The notes under the pieces are model-generated. The model was given only the letters and a program-made list of their open reading frames with translations. It was not told where the DNA came from and made no database searches. From assembly GCA_049510745.1 (NCBI GenBank), contig JBEKYR010000019.1, forward strand, positions 14,231 to 78,230: a stretch of 64,000 nt of DNA. Reading direction: 5' to 3'. The stretch's first letter is position 1; the number at the start of each line of letters is the position of its first letter. The position numbers and the translations under genes were made by a program. Below, one piece after another: positions 9,724 to 19,005 of this stretch. The stretch comes from Verrucomicrobiota bacterium. GTDB taxonomy: Bacteria > Verrucomicrobiota > Verrucomicrobiia > Limisphaerales > Palsa-1400.

Positions 9724-11669
9724 CCGCGCTGCGCCGCCACATCATGCTCGGCACCGCCGGGCACGTGGACCACGGCAAGAGCGCGCTGGTCAAGCTGCTC
9801 ACCGGCTGCGAAACCGACACGCTGGCGGAGGAAAAACAGCGCGGCCTCACGATTGACCTCGGCTTCGCGCCCTGCCAGCTCGCGGACAAACGGGTGGTCG
9901 GGGTGGTGGACGTTCCCGGCCACGTGGATTTCATCCGCAACATGGTCGCCGGCGCGCACGGCATCGACGTGGTCATCTTTGTCGTCGCGGCGGACGATGG
10001 CATCATGCCGCAAACGCACGAGCACCTGCACATTCTCACGCTGATGGGGTTGCGCCACGGGCTGGTGGCGCTGACGAAAATTGATCTCGTGGACGCCGCC
10101 CGGCGGGATTTTGTGATCCAGGATTTGCGGCGGCTGCTGGCGGAAACCTTTTTGGCCGGCGCGCCCATTTGTCCGGTCTCCAACGTCACCGGCGAAGGCC
10201 TCGACGATTTTTTTGACGCGTTGAACCGGACCGTGGACGCGTGCGGCGACCGGCCTTGCGCCGGGCCGTTCCGGCTGTGGGTCGAGGATGCGTTCAGCAT
10301 CCGCGGCACGGGCACAGTCGTCACCGGCATTCCCACCCATGGCCGGGTTCGCCCTGGCGACGAGCTTCATCTCTTGCCCGCCGGTCTGGCCGGGCACGTC
10401 CGCCGGATGCAGGTTTATGGCGAGGACGCCGCGGAAGGAAGCGCCGGGGAATGTGTCGCGCTGAACATACCGGAACTGGAGCACGAAGCCGTCCGGCGCG
10501 GCCTGGCTCTCTGCGCTTCAAATATGTTCGAGCCGAGCATGATGGCCGAGGCGGAATTGCAAATTTTGAAATCCATCCAAACCAACATCGAGGACTACCT
10601 CGAAGTGCAACTTCATGTTGGAACCGCCTCGGTCCCGGCGCGCCTGGCGATGCTGGAAAACACCGCCATGACCGGCGGTCAAAGACAATTCGTCCAGCTT
10701 CGCCTCGCCTCACCGCTGCCGCTCGTGCCCGGGGAGCGGTTTGTGGCGCGGGCCAATGTTGCCGGCGCGGGCCTCAGCGGGCTGACGACCATCGGCGGCG
10801 GACAAATTCTCGGCTTGAGCAACGCGCGGTTGCGCCGGAAAAAACCATGGACGCTCGACCTGCTCGCCACCCGGCGCGAAGCCGTCCAGCTTCCGCTGCG
10901 CTGGTGCGAACAGATGGTGCGCGAAAGCGAATCGCCCGCCACCGTGGCCAGCCTCCAAAAAAAATGCTGGAACCGCCCGGAGGAAATCGCCGAAGCGCTC
11001 GAACGGTTGCACGCCGAAAACCGGGTGGTTCAGGCGCCTGGCGGCGGATGGATTCATCGCGCCGCGATGCAAAAGATGGCGGAGAACATTCTCGCCGCCG
11101 TCCAGACTTTTCACGCGGCCAACCCGCAACGCGCCGGCATCAGCCGCGAAGAACTGCAGGCGGCGCTCAAAGCCGATCCCGTTTTTCTGGAGGCGGCGGC
11201 GGAATCGCTGCTGGACTCGAAGCAGATCGAACGCAACGGCGCGCTCTTGGCGCGGGCCGGTTGGAACGCGCGGATTCCAGAGCGCGACCAGCGCTTGTGC
11301 GACCAGATCGCCGCGAAATTGCAGCAAGGCGGCTGCTCCCCTCCGGGCTTGGCCGAACTGGCCGCGTCGGCCAACGAGCCGCTCCCGCGCGTCCTCGCGC
11401 TGGCGCAACTGCTGGCGGAACGCGGCGTGGTGGTGCGGTTGGACGACCAGATTTGGATGCACCGCGACGCCGTGGCGGCCGGCCGGGAAACGGCCCTAAG
11501 ACTTTTCACGCGCGCGCCGGCCTTTTCCACGATGGAATTCCGCGACGCCCTCGGCGTCAGCCGCAAATTCGCCGTGCCGCTGGCGGATTACCTGGACAAA
11601 ATCCGCTTCACCGTCCGCTCCGGCAACAATCGCACGCCGGGAGCGGAAGCCAGAAAACTCTTTCCATGA
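9720..11669 (+). CDS. selB: Selenocysteine-specific translation elongation factor
   Basis: GTAGHVDHGKS, RGLTIDLGF, DVPGH, TKID and the C-terminal winged-helix motif FRDALGVSRKFAVPL. Confidence 0.97.
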   Translation: MTALRRHIMLGTAGHVDHGKSALVKLLTGCETDTLAEEKQRGLTIDLGFAPCQLADKRVVGVVDVPGHVDFIRNMVAGAHGIDVVIFVVAADDGIMPQTHEHLHILTLMGLRHGLVALTKIDLVDAARRDFVIQDLRRLLAETFLAGAPICPVSNVTGEGLDDFFDALNRTVDACGDRPCAGPFRLWVEDAFSIRGTGTVVTGIPTHGRVRPGDELHLLPAGLAGHVRRMQVYGEDAAEGSAGECVALNIPELEHEAVRRGLALCASNMFEPSMMAEAELQILKSIQTNIEDYLEVQLHVGTASVPARLAMLENTAMTGGQRQFVQLRLASPLPLVPGERFVARANVAGAGLSGLTTIGGGQILGLSNARLRRKKPWTLDLLATRREAVQLPLRWCEQMVRESESPATVASLQKKCWNRPEEIAEALERLHAENRVVQAPGGGWIHRAAMQKMAENILAAVQTFHAANPQRAGISREELQAALKADPVFLEAAAESLLDSKQIERNGALLARAGWNARIPERDQRLCDQIAAKLQQGGCSPPGLAELAASANEPLPRVLALAQLLAERGVVVRLDDQIWMHRDAVAAGRETALRLFTRAPAFSTMEFRDALGVSRKFAVPLADYLDKIRFTVRSGNNRTPGAEARKLFP

Positions 11670-13288
11670 AAATTGATTTTGCCAAACGCCGCCGCGTGAT
11701 GGAGCGGTCGCAGCTTCTGGGGCATTGCATCTGCGACGTGCAACGGCCCTGTCCGTGCGATGTGCTTCGTGAACAGAATCTTTGTCCCTGCGCCGGAGAG
11801 CGGCCTGACACGGTTGACATTTCGCAGGTGAAATTGACGCAACTGGCGCGCAATGCCGGGTGCGCCTCCAAGCTCGCACCCGCCGATTTGGACGCGCTGC
11901 TGGGCCGGCTGCCGGCGGTGGAGGACCCGGCGGTGATTTCCGGCCTGGCCGCCGCCGATGACGCGGCGATTTACCGAATGGCGGAGAACCTTTGCCTGGT
12001 GCAGACGGTGGACGTGTTCACGCCTTGCGTGGACGACCCGCGGCTCTTCGGCAAAATCTGCGCGGCCAATTGTCTCTCGGACATCTACGCCATGGGCGGC
12101 GAACCGCGCACGGCTTTGAGCGTGCTGGCGTTTCCTTCCGAAAAACTGCCGGGCGAAATTATTTTTCAAATGCTCGACGGCGCAATGGAGGTTTTCAAGC
12201 AAGCCGGCGTCGCGCTCGTCGGCGGGCACAGCATCAAGGATGATGAAATCAAACTCGGCTTTGCCATCACGGGCCTGATCGATCCCGCCGTGGCCGCCGC
12301 CCTGGATAAGCCCAATGCCGGCGACGCGCTGGTCCTGACCAAACCGCTCGGCACGGGTGTGCTGGCGTTTTGCCGCCAAATCGGGCGCGAGCATCCGGCA
12401 GGCATCGCGGCGGCCGAACTTTCCATGTCCGCGCTGAACCAGGCGGCAGCGGAGGCGATGAAAGAAGCGGGCGCGTCGGCCTGCACGGACGTCACGGGCT
12501 TCGGCCTCTTCGCCCATCTGCTGCGGATGCTGCGGCCGGGCGGACTGGGCGCGGAAATTTTCGCGGAGACGCTGCCGGCCTTCGACGGCGCGATGGACGC
12601 CCTGCGGCAAGGCGTGATTCCGGGCGCGATTGAGCGCAACCGCGAGTATGCCGGCGACGCGCTTCACGTTGCGCCGGGCGTAAACGAGGCCGCGGTGAAC
12701 CTGGGATTCGACGCGCAGACTTCCGGCGGCTTGCTGATCGCCGTTCCGCCGGAGCGGCTGGAACGGTTGCGGCAATCTCTGGCCCGGCGCGGCGCCGGCC
12801 ATTTTGTCATCGGCAAAATCGTTGCTGAAGCCGGACAGATTTATCTTTCAGCGGCCGGCAACAACACGGCGGAAATTTCAAGATTGAATTCAACCCTTCA
12901 ACCGCGGAACATTGATTCCATGACAACACCAAAGAAAAATTCCCCGCCCCGCCACGGCGATTGCTGCGCGGGCGCGGGCGAAACCGCAGCCGGTTCCGCC
13001 GCCGAATCAGAAAAGGCCTTTGACGCGCTGATCCGGTCGGTGCGATCGGCGGGCGCGCTGGATGAAAAGACGAAGGAACTTATTCTGTTCAGCCTGGTCG
13101 TGGGCAGCCGTTGTCAACCATGTTTTGAGGCGCATCTGCGCAAGGCGCGCGAACTGGGCCTCTCGCAGGCGGAACTGGACGAGGCGGCGTGGTGCGCCAT
13201 CGCCCTGGGCGGCGCGCCGGTCATGATGTTTTATCAGGAATGCCTGGAGCGGATTCAATCGGGCAAGGCGGACCGGGCGCGACCTTGA
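11666..13288 (+). CDS. selD: Selenophosphate synthetase (Cys form) with a Cys-rich N-terminal extension and a C-terminal CMD/AhpD-like domain
   Basis: LTQL..AGCASK, DDAAIY, QTVDVFTP, SDIYAMGG, GGHS, LTKPLGTG, TDVTGFGL, DAQTSGGLL. Start set at ATG 11666, overlapping the selB stop. Confidence 0.93.
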   Translation: MKIDFAKRRRVMERSQLLGHCICDVQRPCPCDVLREQNLCPCAGERPDTVDISQVKLTQLARNAGCASKLAPADLDALLGRLPAVEDPAVISGLAAADDAAIYRMAENLCLVQTVDVFTPCVDDPRLFGKICAANCLSDIYAMGGEPRTALSVLAFPSEKLPGEIIFQMLDGAMEVFKQAGVALVGGHSIKDDEIKLGFAITGLIDPAVAAALDKPNAGDALVLTKPLGTGVLAFCRQIGREHPAGIAAAELSMSALNQAAAEAMKEAGASACTDVTGFGLFAHLLRMLRPGGLGAEIFAETLPAFDGAMDALRQGVIPGAIERNREYAGDALHVAPGVNEAAVNLGFDAQTSGGLLIAVPPERLERLRQSLARRGAGHFVIGKIVAEAGQIYLSAAGNNTAEISRLNSTLQPRNIDSMTTPKKNSPPRHGDCCAGAGETAAGSAAESEKAFDALIRSVRSAGALDEKTKELILFSLVVGSRCQPCFEAHLRKARELGLSQAELDEAAWCAIALGGAPVMMFYQECLERIQSGKADRARP

Positions 13289-13400
13289 GCGCAAATGCGG
13301 CGTTTTCCGCTGGAGATCTGCATAACTTGCCAAATCACCAATAAAAGCACGTCTTTCGACTCCAATCTTGGAATAACTTCATGCGAGAATACTTTTGTAT

Positions 13401-13451
13401 AAAGTTATATAAAATAAACGTTGACGTACTTCACTAAAATGGTATAACTTT
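13401..13451 (+). promoter_or_regulatory. Sigma70-type promoter of the vapBC operon with a flanking inverted repeat
   Basis: TTGACG (13421-13426), 16 nt spacer, then TATAAC (13443-13448) preceded by TGn. Inverted repeat AAAGTTATA (13401) / TATAACTTT (13443). Confidence 0.6.
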
Positions 13452-13456
13452 ATGCC

Positions 13457-13702
13457 GTGATTACAACATTTAAAACCGACACGGTTAATTTTGGCGCCAA
13501 AGGCCAGGTGGTCATCCCCCGCCGTCTGCGCAGGGAATTTGAAATTGAGGAGGGGACGAAGGCGCAGGTGTATGTTGAGAACGGCCAGATTGTGCTCAAA
13601 CCGATCACGTCGAAATTCATCAGAAGTTTGCGCGGCTCCTTGAAGGGCACCAAGGCGATGGAAACCTTCATGGCGGAACGGAAGCGGGAAAGGGAATTAT
13701 AA
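13457..13702 (+). CDS. AbrB/MazE/SpoVT-family antitoxin
   Basis: KGQVVIPRRLRREFEIEEG; directly upstream of a PIN toxin. Confidence 0.9.
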   Translation: MITTFKTDTVNFGAKGQVVIPRRLRREFEIEEGTKAQVYVENGQIVLKPITSKFIRSLRGSLKGTKAMETFMAERKREREL

Positions 13703-14103
13703 TGGCCACCAAGGTTCTGGACAGTTGGGCACTCATGGCGCTCTTCAATGAAGAACCCGCCGCCAGCGCGGTGGAAAAACTTCTGGCCCAAGCCGCTGCT
13801 GACCGGCACAAACTTTTGATGAGTGTGGTGAACTGGGGTGAAATTTATTATTCCGTGGCACGCGGAGCTTCCCGCGAAATGGCGGAACAAAAAGCCAAAG
13901 AAATTGCCGCCATGCCCCTTGAGATTGTGCCTGCCGATCTTCACCAGACTCACCAGGCTGCGATTTACAAGGCCGCGTGCAGAATGTCCTACGCCGACTG
14001 CTTTGGCGCGGCCCTGGCCAAGATCAAAAACGCAGAGTTCGTCACCGGCGACCCGGAATTCAAAGAAGTTGAGAAGGAAATAAAAATCAACTGGCTGAAA
14101 TAA
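13702..14103 (+). CDS. vapC: VapC-type PIN-domain toxin
   Basis: VLDSWAL, NWGEIYY, MSYADCF, VTGDPEF. Confidence 0.9.
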   Translation: MATKVLDSWALMALFNEEPAASAVEKLLAQAAADRHKLLMSVVNWGEIYYSVARGASREMAEQKAKEIAAMPLEIVPADLHQTHQAAIYKAACRMSYADCFGAALAKIKNAEFVTGDPEFKEVEKEIKINWLK

Positions 14104-14121
14104 TCGCAGCCCGAGAAAACT

Positions 14122-16416
14122 ATGGCATACGAAGAACTGGTCATTGATCTACTGAAGGCGGAGCGTGAGGAAGACGTTACTGCCGCGCTCACAGTCTATG
14201 GCTTGGAGAAATTCACTGATTCGAATTGGATTCCATATGGGGGAACGCTTTTTGAAAATAATTACGGATTGATAGGGACGCAACAGGCTGATTCGCTTGG
14301 CGCTCTAGTCGAAAAGGTCGTGAATTCGATTGATGCAGTTCTGATGCGGGAATGTCTAGCGAGAAACCTCGATCCCAGAAGTAATCTTGTGCCGCGAACG
14401 ATGAACGAAGCGGCTGAACAGTTCTTGAACATTCCAGAAGGCAATTTAGCCAAGCTGTCTCCAACACAACGGACAGAACTGGCCGAAAAGAATATCAGCA
14501 TCATCGTGACAGGGCAGAAGCCTGACGAAGGCAACCCATGCATCATAGTTGCTGACACCGGAGAGGGACAGAGGCCCGAAGACTTCAAAGACACCCTTGT
14601 TTCATTGCTTCGCAGCAACAAATGTTCTGTCCCGTTTGTTCAGGGCAAATTCAACATGGGCAGTACTGGCAGCCTAGTGTTTTGTAGCCCGAACAAGAAT
14701 TACCAGTTGATCATTTCACGACGTAACGCGGCAATTCCTACAGCCCGAAATTCAAAATGGGGATTCACTTTAATCAGGAAGCGTCCTCCAATGAAGAATG
14801 AGAAGAATGAGCGTTATGAATATCTCGCGCCGAAAGGGAAGATCTGTGAACTCGATCTTGATGAAATCCCAATTTTTCCAGACGCCGAAAATGTGCCCTA
14901 CAAACGCCCAATCAAATGCGGGACGATCGTAAAGCTTTACGAGTATGACCTTCCGAGAAGTATAAAGACGATGGCGACCGCAGATTTCTACCGGGCTTTA
15001 TCAACCAAGCTCTGGACGGTGGTCGTTCCGATGCGAATTTATGAGGCGCGGGGTTACAAAGGTCACACTCTTGAGAGCACGTTTTCTGGGATGAACATCC
15101 GGCTTGAAGATGACAAAGGTGACGTCCTGGAGGAAGGGTTTCCATGCAATTTTACTCTTAATATTCCGAAGGTCGGAATGGTTGATGGGCGCATTTGCCT
15201 ATTCAAAAAGGACGCCGAAATCTCACGTTGGGTAAGTTCACGAGAGGCGATCATTTACACTATTAACGGCCAGTCTCACGGCGCGCTGCCGAATGATTTT
15301 TTCCGACGCCAGTCAGTCAATCTCCCGTGGATACAGAAACAACTCTTGATCAACATTGATTGTTCGCGCCTCGACCAGCAATTGATCAACAGAATGTTTA
15401 TGACCAGTCGCGACAGGCAGCGCGATGTTCAGGAAAAAGACTTCCTAGAGTCTGCCCTGGCCGAATTTGTTCGCAAGCATCCGGGGCTTCGGGAGTGGAA
15501 CGAGCGACGCCACAGAGAAACGGTCGAGGAACAGTTCGTGGAGGAATCAGAAACGATCGAACTATTTGAAAAATTAGTAGCGCAGAATCCAGCACTCGCT
15601 GAGATTCTCGGTGTTGGTCTCAAAATCAAAGTCCCAAAGCCCGGCGAACAGCCGACTTCAAAGTTCGAAGGCCAAAGATTCCCAACGTTTTTGAAACTCG
15701 AAGACGCCCATAACAACGACGATTTCGTCAAAAAGTGTCCCCAGAATTCCTATTGTCGCGTTACTTTATTAACCGATGCGGAAAACGATTATTTGGTCCG
15801 AGCGATTGAGCCGGGGAAACTTATCATCAGACCGGAAGCATTGGTCAAGAGTACTAGCCTCTACAATGGCCGGTTGGAACTGCAACTAGCCCCGGAAAAA
15901 ATGTACGATGTTGGTCACCGTATTGAAGTAAAGGTAATGTTAACCAGCCCGAACTCGACCGAGGGCTACTTTTCAGTTCGGTTTTGGCTGGAGATCGATT
16001 CGCCAGTGCAGCCAAAGAAGAGTCCTCCCAGCCCGCCCAAGCCGCCAAAAGTAACGACCGTGGCCCTGCCTGAAATCAAAGAAATCAAAAAGGATCAATG
16101 GGCCGAGGCTATCGAAATTACTTCCGACGATGATGTCGTGAAGATAATGAAGGACAACCAAGGGACGACTTCTCTCGTGAACATGGATAATCGCCACTAC
16201 CGCCGCTATGTTTACGCCAACCCCAAGCGAGAGCAGGAGATTAGAAACCTCTACAAGATCTCATCAACAATCATGGGGCTTTGGCTGCTCGAACAGGTTG
16301 ATAAAGGTGGTCTCCAGGAGGAAAACCGAAGATCGGTGAGTAACTCACTTGGCCGGCTTCTGCTTCCTTTGGTTGATTCACTAGGGAGCAAGTTGGCTGA
16401 ATTAGAGCAAGGGTAG
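14122..16416 (+). CDS. GHKL (Hsp90/MutL/MORC-like) ATPase-domain protein of unknown function
   Basis: N-box EKVVNSIDA, G1 DTGEG, G2 GKFNMG; visibly lower GC than the flanks. Confidence 0.7.
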   Translation: MAYEELVIDLLKAEREEDVTAALTVYGLEKFTDSNWIPYGGTLFENNYGLIGTQQADSLGALVEKVVNSIDAVLMRECLARNLDPRSNLVPRTMNEAAEQFLNIPEGNLAKLSPTQRTELAEKNISIIVTGQKPDEGNPCIIVADTGEGQRPEDFKDTLVSLLRSNKCSVPFVQGKFNMGSTGSLVFCSPNKNYQLIISRRNAAIPTARNSKWGFTLIRKRPPMKNEKNERYEYLAPKGKICELDLDEIPIFPDAENVPYKRPIKCGTIVKLYEYDLPRSIKTMATADFYRALSTKLWTVVVPMRIYEARGYKGHTLESTFSGMNIRLEDDKGDVLEEGFPCNFTLNIPKVGMVDGRICLFKKDAEISRWVSSREAIIYTINGQSHGALPNDFFRRQSVNLPWIQKQLLINIDCSRLDQQLINRMFMTSRDRQRDVQEKDFLESALAEFVRKHPGLREWNERRHRETVEEQFVEESETIELFEKLVAQNPALAEILGVGLKIKVPKPGEQPTSKFEGQRFPTFLKLEDAHNNDDFVKKCPQNSYCRVTLLTDAENDYLVRAIEPGKLIIRPEALVKSTSLYNGRLELQLAPEKMYDVGHRIEVKVMLTSPNSTEGYFSVRFWLEIDSPVQPKKSPPSPPKPPKVTTVALPEIKEIKKDQWAEAIEITSDDDVVKIMKDNQGTTSLVNMDNRHYRRYVYANPKREQEIRNLYKISSTIMGLWLLEQVDKGGLQEENRRSVSNSLGRLLLPLVDSLGSKLAELEQG

Positions 16417-16592
16417 TTCAAGTCCGCGTCTCCGCGCCTTACAGAAGCTGCGGAATTGAGAGACAGGCTGGAAGCGCTGTCCCACGTTGAGGGGCATTGG
16501 GAACATCGAACTAAACACAAGCCTGGGTTGTTAAACAATCTTCACCCACTTTCAACCTTCACCTTGAGTTTTAGCCACCCTAAAGCGGATCC

Positions 16593-17477
16593 TCACTTTT
16601 GACACTCCTCATTAGACGTGGTTTGCGGCAGGGCAAAGCACGGTTCAATGGCGCCGCAGGTGGCGCATTCCAGGCAGCGGATGCAGCCGGAAACGTTGAC
16701 GGCCTGATCCACTTTCACACCCATCGGGCAGCGGCTGCGGCAGAGGTTGCATTCGACGCATTGCTGCGGATTGAACCGGAGATGAAACAGGCTCAACCGG
16801 TTGAAGAGCGCGAGCAACCCGCCGAGCGGACAAAACACGCGGCACCACGGCCGGTGAATGAAAAGCGCGGCCGCAAGAAAGGAGAGCAAAATGCCGCTCT
16901 TCAACCCGCTCATCAGCCAACCGTTGCCGGCAAGCAGGCTTTGCACGGAGTAAGGCACGCCGGCTTCCAGCGCGCCGGCCGGACAAAGCCGGCAAATGGA
17001 AATGACCTGCCTTTCAAATGGAATGCCGTTGAAACCCAGAATCAGCGGCAGAAGAATCACCAATCCTACCAGAACGAAGTAACGGCCGTAACCGGTCCAG
17101 GACGGCAGGATGATTTTCCGGGTGGTGATTTTGCCGAGCAAGTCCTGGAGAAAACCGAACGGACAAGCCCAGCCGCAAACGATGGAACCGCCGGCCGCGC
17201 CGACGAGCACGAGCACGCCGATCAATAAATACGGCACTTCCCCCGCCACTGGCAGCAGCGCCGCGTAGTTGGCCATCACACCCACCGGGCAGGCGAAGGC
17301 CGAGAGCGGGCACGAGTAACAGTGGAACACGCAGCCGGGAATGCCGTGCAGCCACCGGCCCAGCGGCGCGAGCCACAGGCCGAGAAAACCGGTTTGCACC
17401 CAGGGACGCCAGCGCGAGAGTTTTCGTCCGAGCGCCGCCGGCTTCCATTCAGGGCAATTGGGAACGGGACATTCCAT
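16593..17477 (-). CDS. Membrane-bound polyferredoxin, 4Fe-4S binding protein (NapH/YccM-like)
   Basis: HCYSCP, CPVG, CGWACPFG, CRLCPAG, WCRVFCPLG, CVECNLCRSRCP, CIRCLECATC, with TM segments. Confidence 0.88.
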   Translation of the reverse strand: MECPVPNCPEWKPAALGRKLSRWRPWVQTGFLGLWLAPLGRWLHGIPGCVFHCYSCPLSAFACPVGVMANYAALLPVAGEVPYLLIGVLVLVGAAGGSIVCGWACPFGFLQDLLGKITTRKIILPSWTGYGRYFVLVGLVILLPLILGFNGIPFERQVISICRLCPAGALEAGVPYSVQSLLAGNGWLMSGLKSGILLSFLAAALFIHRPWCRVFCPLGGLLALFNRLSLFHLRFNPQQCVECNLCRSRCPMGVKVDQAVNVSGCIRCLECATCGAIEPCFALPQTTSNEECQK

Positions 17478-17487
17478 GGGAACAGGT

Positions 17488-17506
17488 CGGCCACGCCACG
17501 TGGCCG
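17488..17506 (-). promoter_or_regulatory. Candidate SECIS hairpin for the CPTU protein
   Basis: 7-bp perfect stem; GUGGC loop starts 21 nt after the UGA. Confidence 0.7.
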
Positions 17507-17510
17507 GAAT

Positions 17511-17885
17511 TCATCTTATTCAGGTGGGACAGGGCGTTTTTGCGCCGAGGTCCACGCGGATTTTCCACGCCGGCGGCTGGGTATGGGCCTGTTGTTTGGC
17601 CCAGCGGTCAAGCGCCTCGCCGGGATTGGCCACGGCATCGAGTTTCGGCGGCGGCGGCGGCGCGACTTGGTCCGGGTATTGCAAACCGCCGGAGGAGAAG
17701 GCTTTGACCAACTGCGTTTCCCACGCCGTGTTTCCGTCCGTGGTGTCCACGTTGGTCAGATGCCGCGCGCCGCTAAACAGCAGCGCCGCGCCGGTCAGCG
17801 CGACAACCAAGCCGGACCAGAAATCGTGGTCTTCCCGCGCGCGCGACGCGCGATTGACCGGTGGCTGGGGGACTCGCTTGAACAT
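17511..17885 (-). CDS. Putative small single-TM selenoprotein ending C-P-T-U-I-R (Sec at UGA 17522-17520)
   Basis: ATG 17885 lies just downstream of selC; one hydrophobic helix. The UGA completes a CxxU motif and is followed by hairpin CGGCCAC-GTGGC-GTGGCCG. The next in-frame UGA (17513-17511) is taken as the stop. Confidence 0.7.
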
Positions 17886-17903
17886 GCTACGGATTGGGGA
17901 AAA

Positions 17904-18000
17904 TGGCGGAGGTGGATGGGAATCGAACCCACCTGGGACTTTGTTGAGTCCCACGCTGGTTTTGAAGACCAGGAGCGCCACCAGGTCGCCCCACACCTCC
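17904..18000 (-). tRNA. selC: tRNA-Sec (UCA)
   Basis: 97 nt, GGAGGTG...CACCTCC-GCCA. Anticodon arm CTGGT-CTTCAAA-ACCAG, long variable arm TGGGACT/AGTCCCA, TTCGATT T-loop. Confidence 0.97.
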
Positions 18001-18160
18001 CCGGCGGACCGCCGCGCCGCTGGCCAATGGCAGGCGTGATTGATTTCCGGCGGGCCGCATCACACAGGTATATTGACAGATTGGAGCGGATAACTCAATC
18101 CGAATTTAGTCGCCAGCCGCGCCATAAATGGCAGACTGTTTGCACGTCAGGAAAGAATTT

Positions 18161-18997
18161 ATGGACATTCGAAAAGCCGTCATCACCGCCGCCGGTCCGG
18201 GCCAGCGGACGCTGCCGCTGCAAACGCTGGTTGACCGCGACGGCAAAACCAAGACCGCGCTCGGCATCATCGTGGAGGAGGCGCTCAATTGCGGCGCGGA
18301 GGAAACCTGCGTGGTGGTCCATCCGGGCGACGCCGAGGCCTACCGCGCCGCCGCCGGGCCGCACGGCAAGCGATTGCAGTTCGTGGAGCAGGAGAAGGCG
18401 CTGGGCTACGGCCACGCCGTCTGGTGCGCCCGCGCCTTCACCGGATCGGAGCCGTTTCTGCTCCTGGTCGGCGATCATCTTTATCTGAGCCGGGAGAAAC
18501 GCAGTTGCGCGCGGCAATTGGTCGAGGTCGCCGCGGCCGAGGCCTGCGCCGTTTCCGCCGTGCAGGCCACGCACGAAAGCAAACTGCCCTATTACGGCGT
18601 GGCGGGCGGGCGGCTGGCGGAGAACCGCAAAGGCCTTTACCTCATTTCCGAGGTGCTGGAGAAACCGACCCCGACCGTCGCCGAACAACGCCTCATCGTT
18701 CCCGGATTGCGCGCGGGCCATTATCTTTGTTTTTTCGGGATGCACGTTCTGACGCCGGCGGTGATGGATTTGCTGGGGGCGGAAATGGCCGCCGGCCAGG
18801 CGGCCAGCCTGAGTCAAACACTCGCCAAGCTGGCCAGCCGCGAGCGCTATCTGGCCTGCGAATTACAGGGACGCCGGTTTGACATCGGTTTGAAATACGG
18901 CCTGCTGACCGCGCAACTGGCGCTGGCCCTGAGCAGCCCGGCCCGCTCCGAAGTGCTCGCCGGACTCGTCGAACTCCTCGCCCAGGAACCCCATTGA
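18161..18997 (+). CDS. Sugar-phosphate nucleotidyltransferase (GalU-like)
   Basis: [40 protein letters not shown]. Confidence 0.85.
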   Translation: MDIRKAVITAAGPGQRTLPLQTLVDRDGKTKTALGIIVEEALNCGAEETCVVVHPGDAEAYRAAAGPHGKRLQFVEQEKALGYGHAVWCARAFTGSEPFLLLVGDHLYLSREKRSCARQLVEVAAAEACAVSAVQATHESKLPYYGVAGGRLAENRKGLYLISEVLEKPTPTVAEQRLIVPGLRAGHYLCFFGMHVLTPAVMDLLGAEMAAGQAASLSQTLAKLASRERYLACELQGRRFDIGLKYGLLTAQLALALSSPARSEVLAGLVELLAQEPH

Positions 18998-19005
18998 TCA
19001 CGCGC

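Noticed and set aside
10241-11665. Track's 1015-aa start for selD
   Set aside because: It overlaps selB in another frame with Arg/Gly-rich shadow sequence. ATG 11666 is coupled to the selB stop.
11855-11875. Sec in the SelD active site
   Set aside because: The codon is TGC (AGCASK) and there is no in-frame UGA.
16560-16605. Polyferredoxin ending C-Q-K-TGA as another CxxU
   Set aside because: GTGGC lies at +15 in a weak AT-rich stem, not at +21, and the extension is unremarkable.
17478-17513. Second Sec at UGA 17513-17511 fusing the CPTU protein to the in-frame polyferredoxin
   Set aside because: No (A/G)UGGC loop at +21 from this codon, so it is treated as the stop. Not fully excluded.
17886-17996. 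N-terminal part of track ORF 17520-17996
   Set aside because: It is the tRNA-Sec sequence read as codons.
17904-18000. selC as the integration site of an adjacent element
   Set aside because: I saw no integrase and no duplicated tRNA 3' end in the window.
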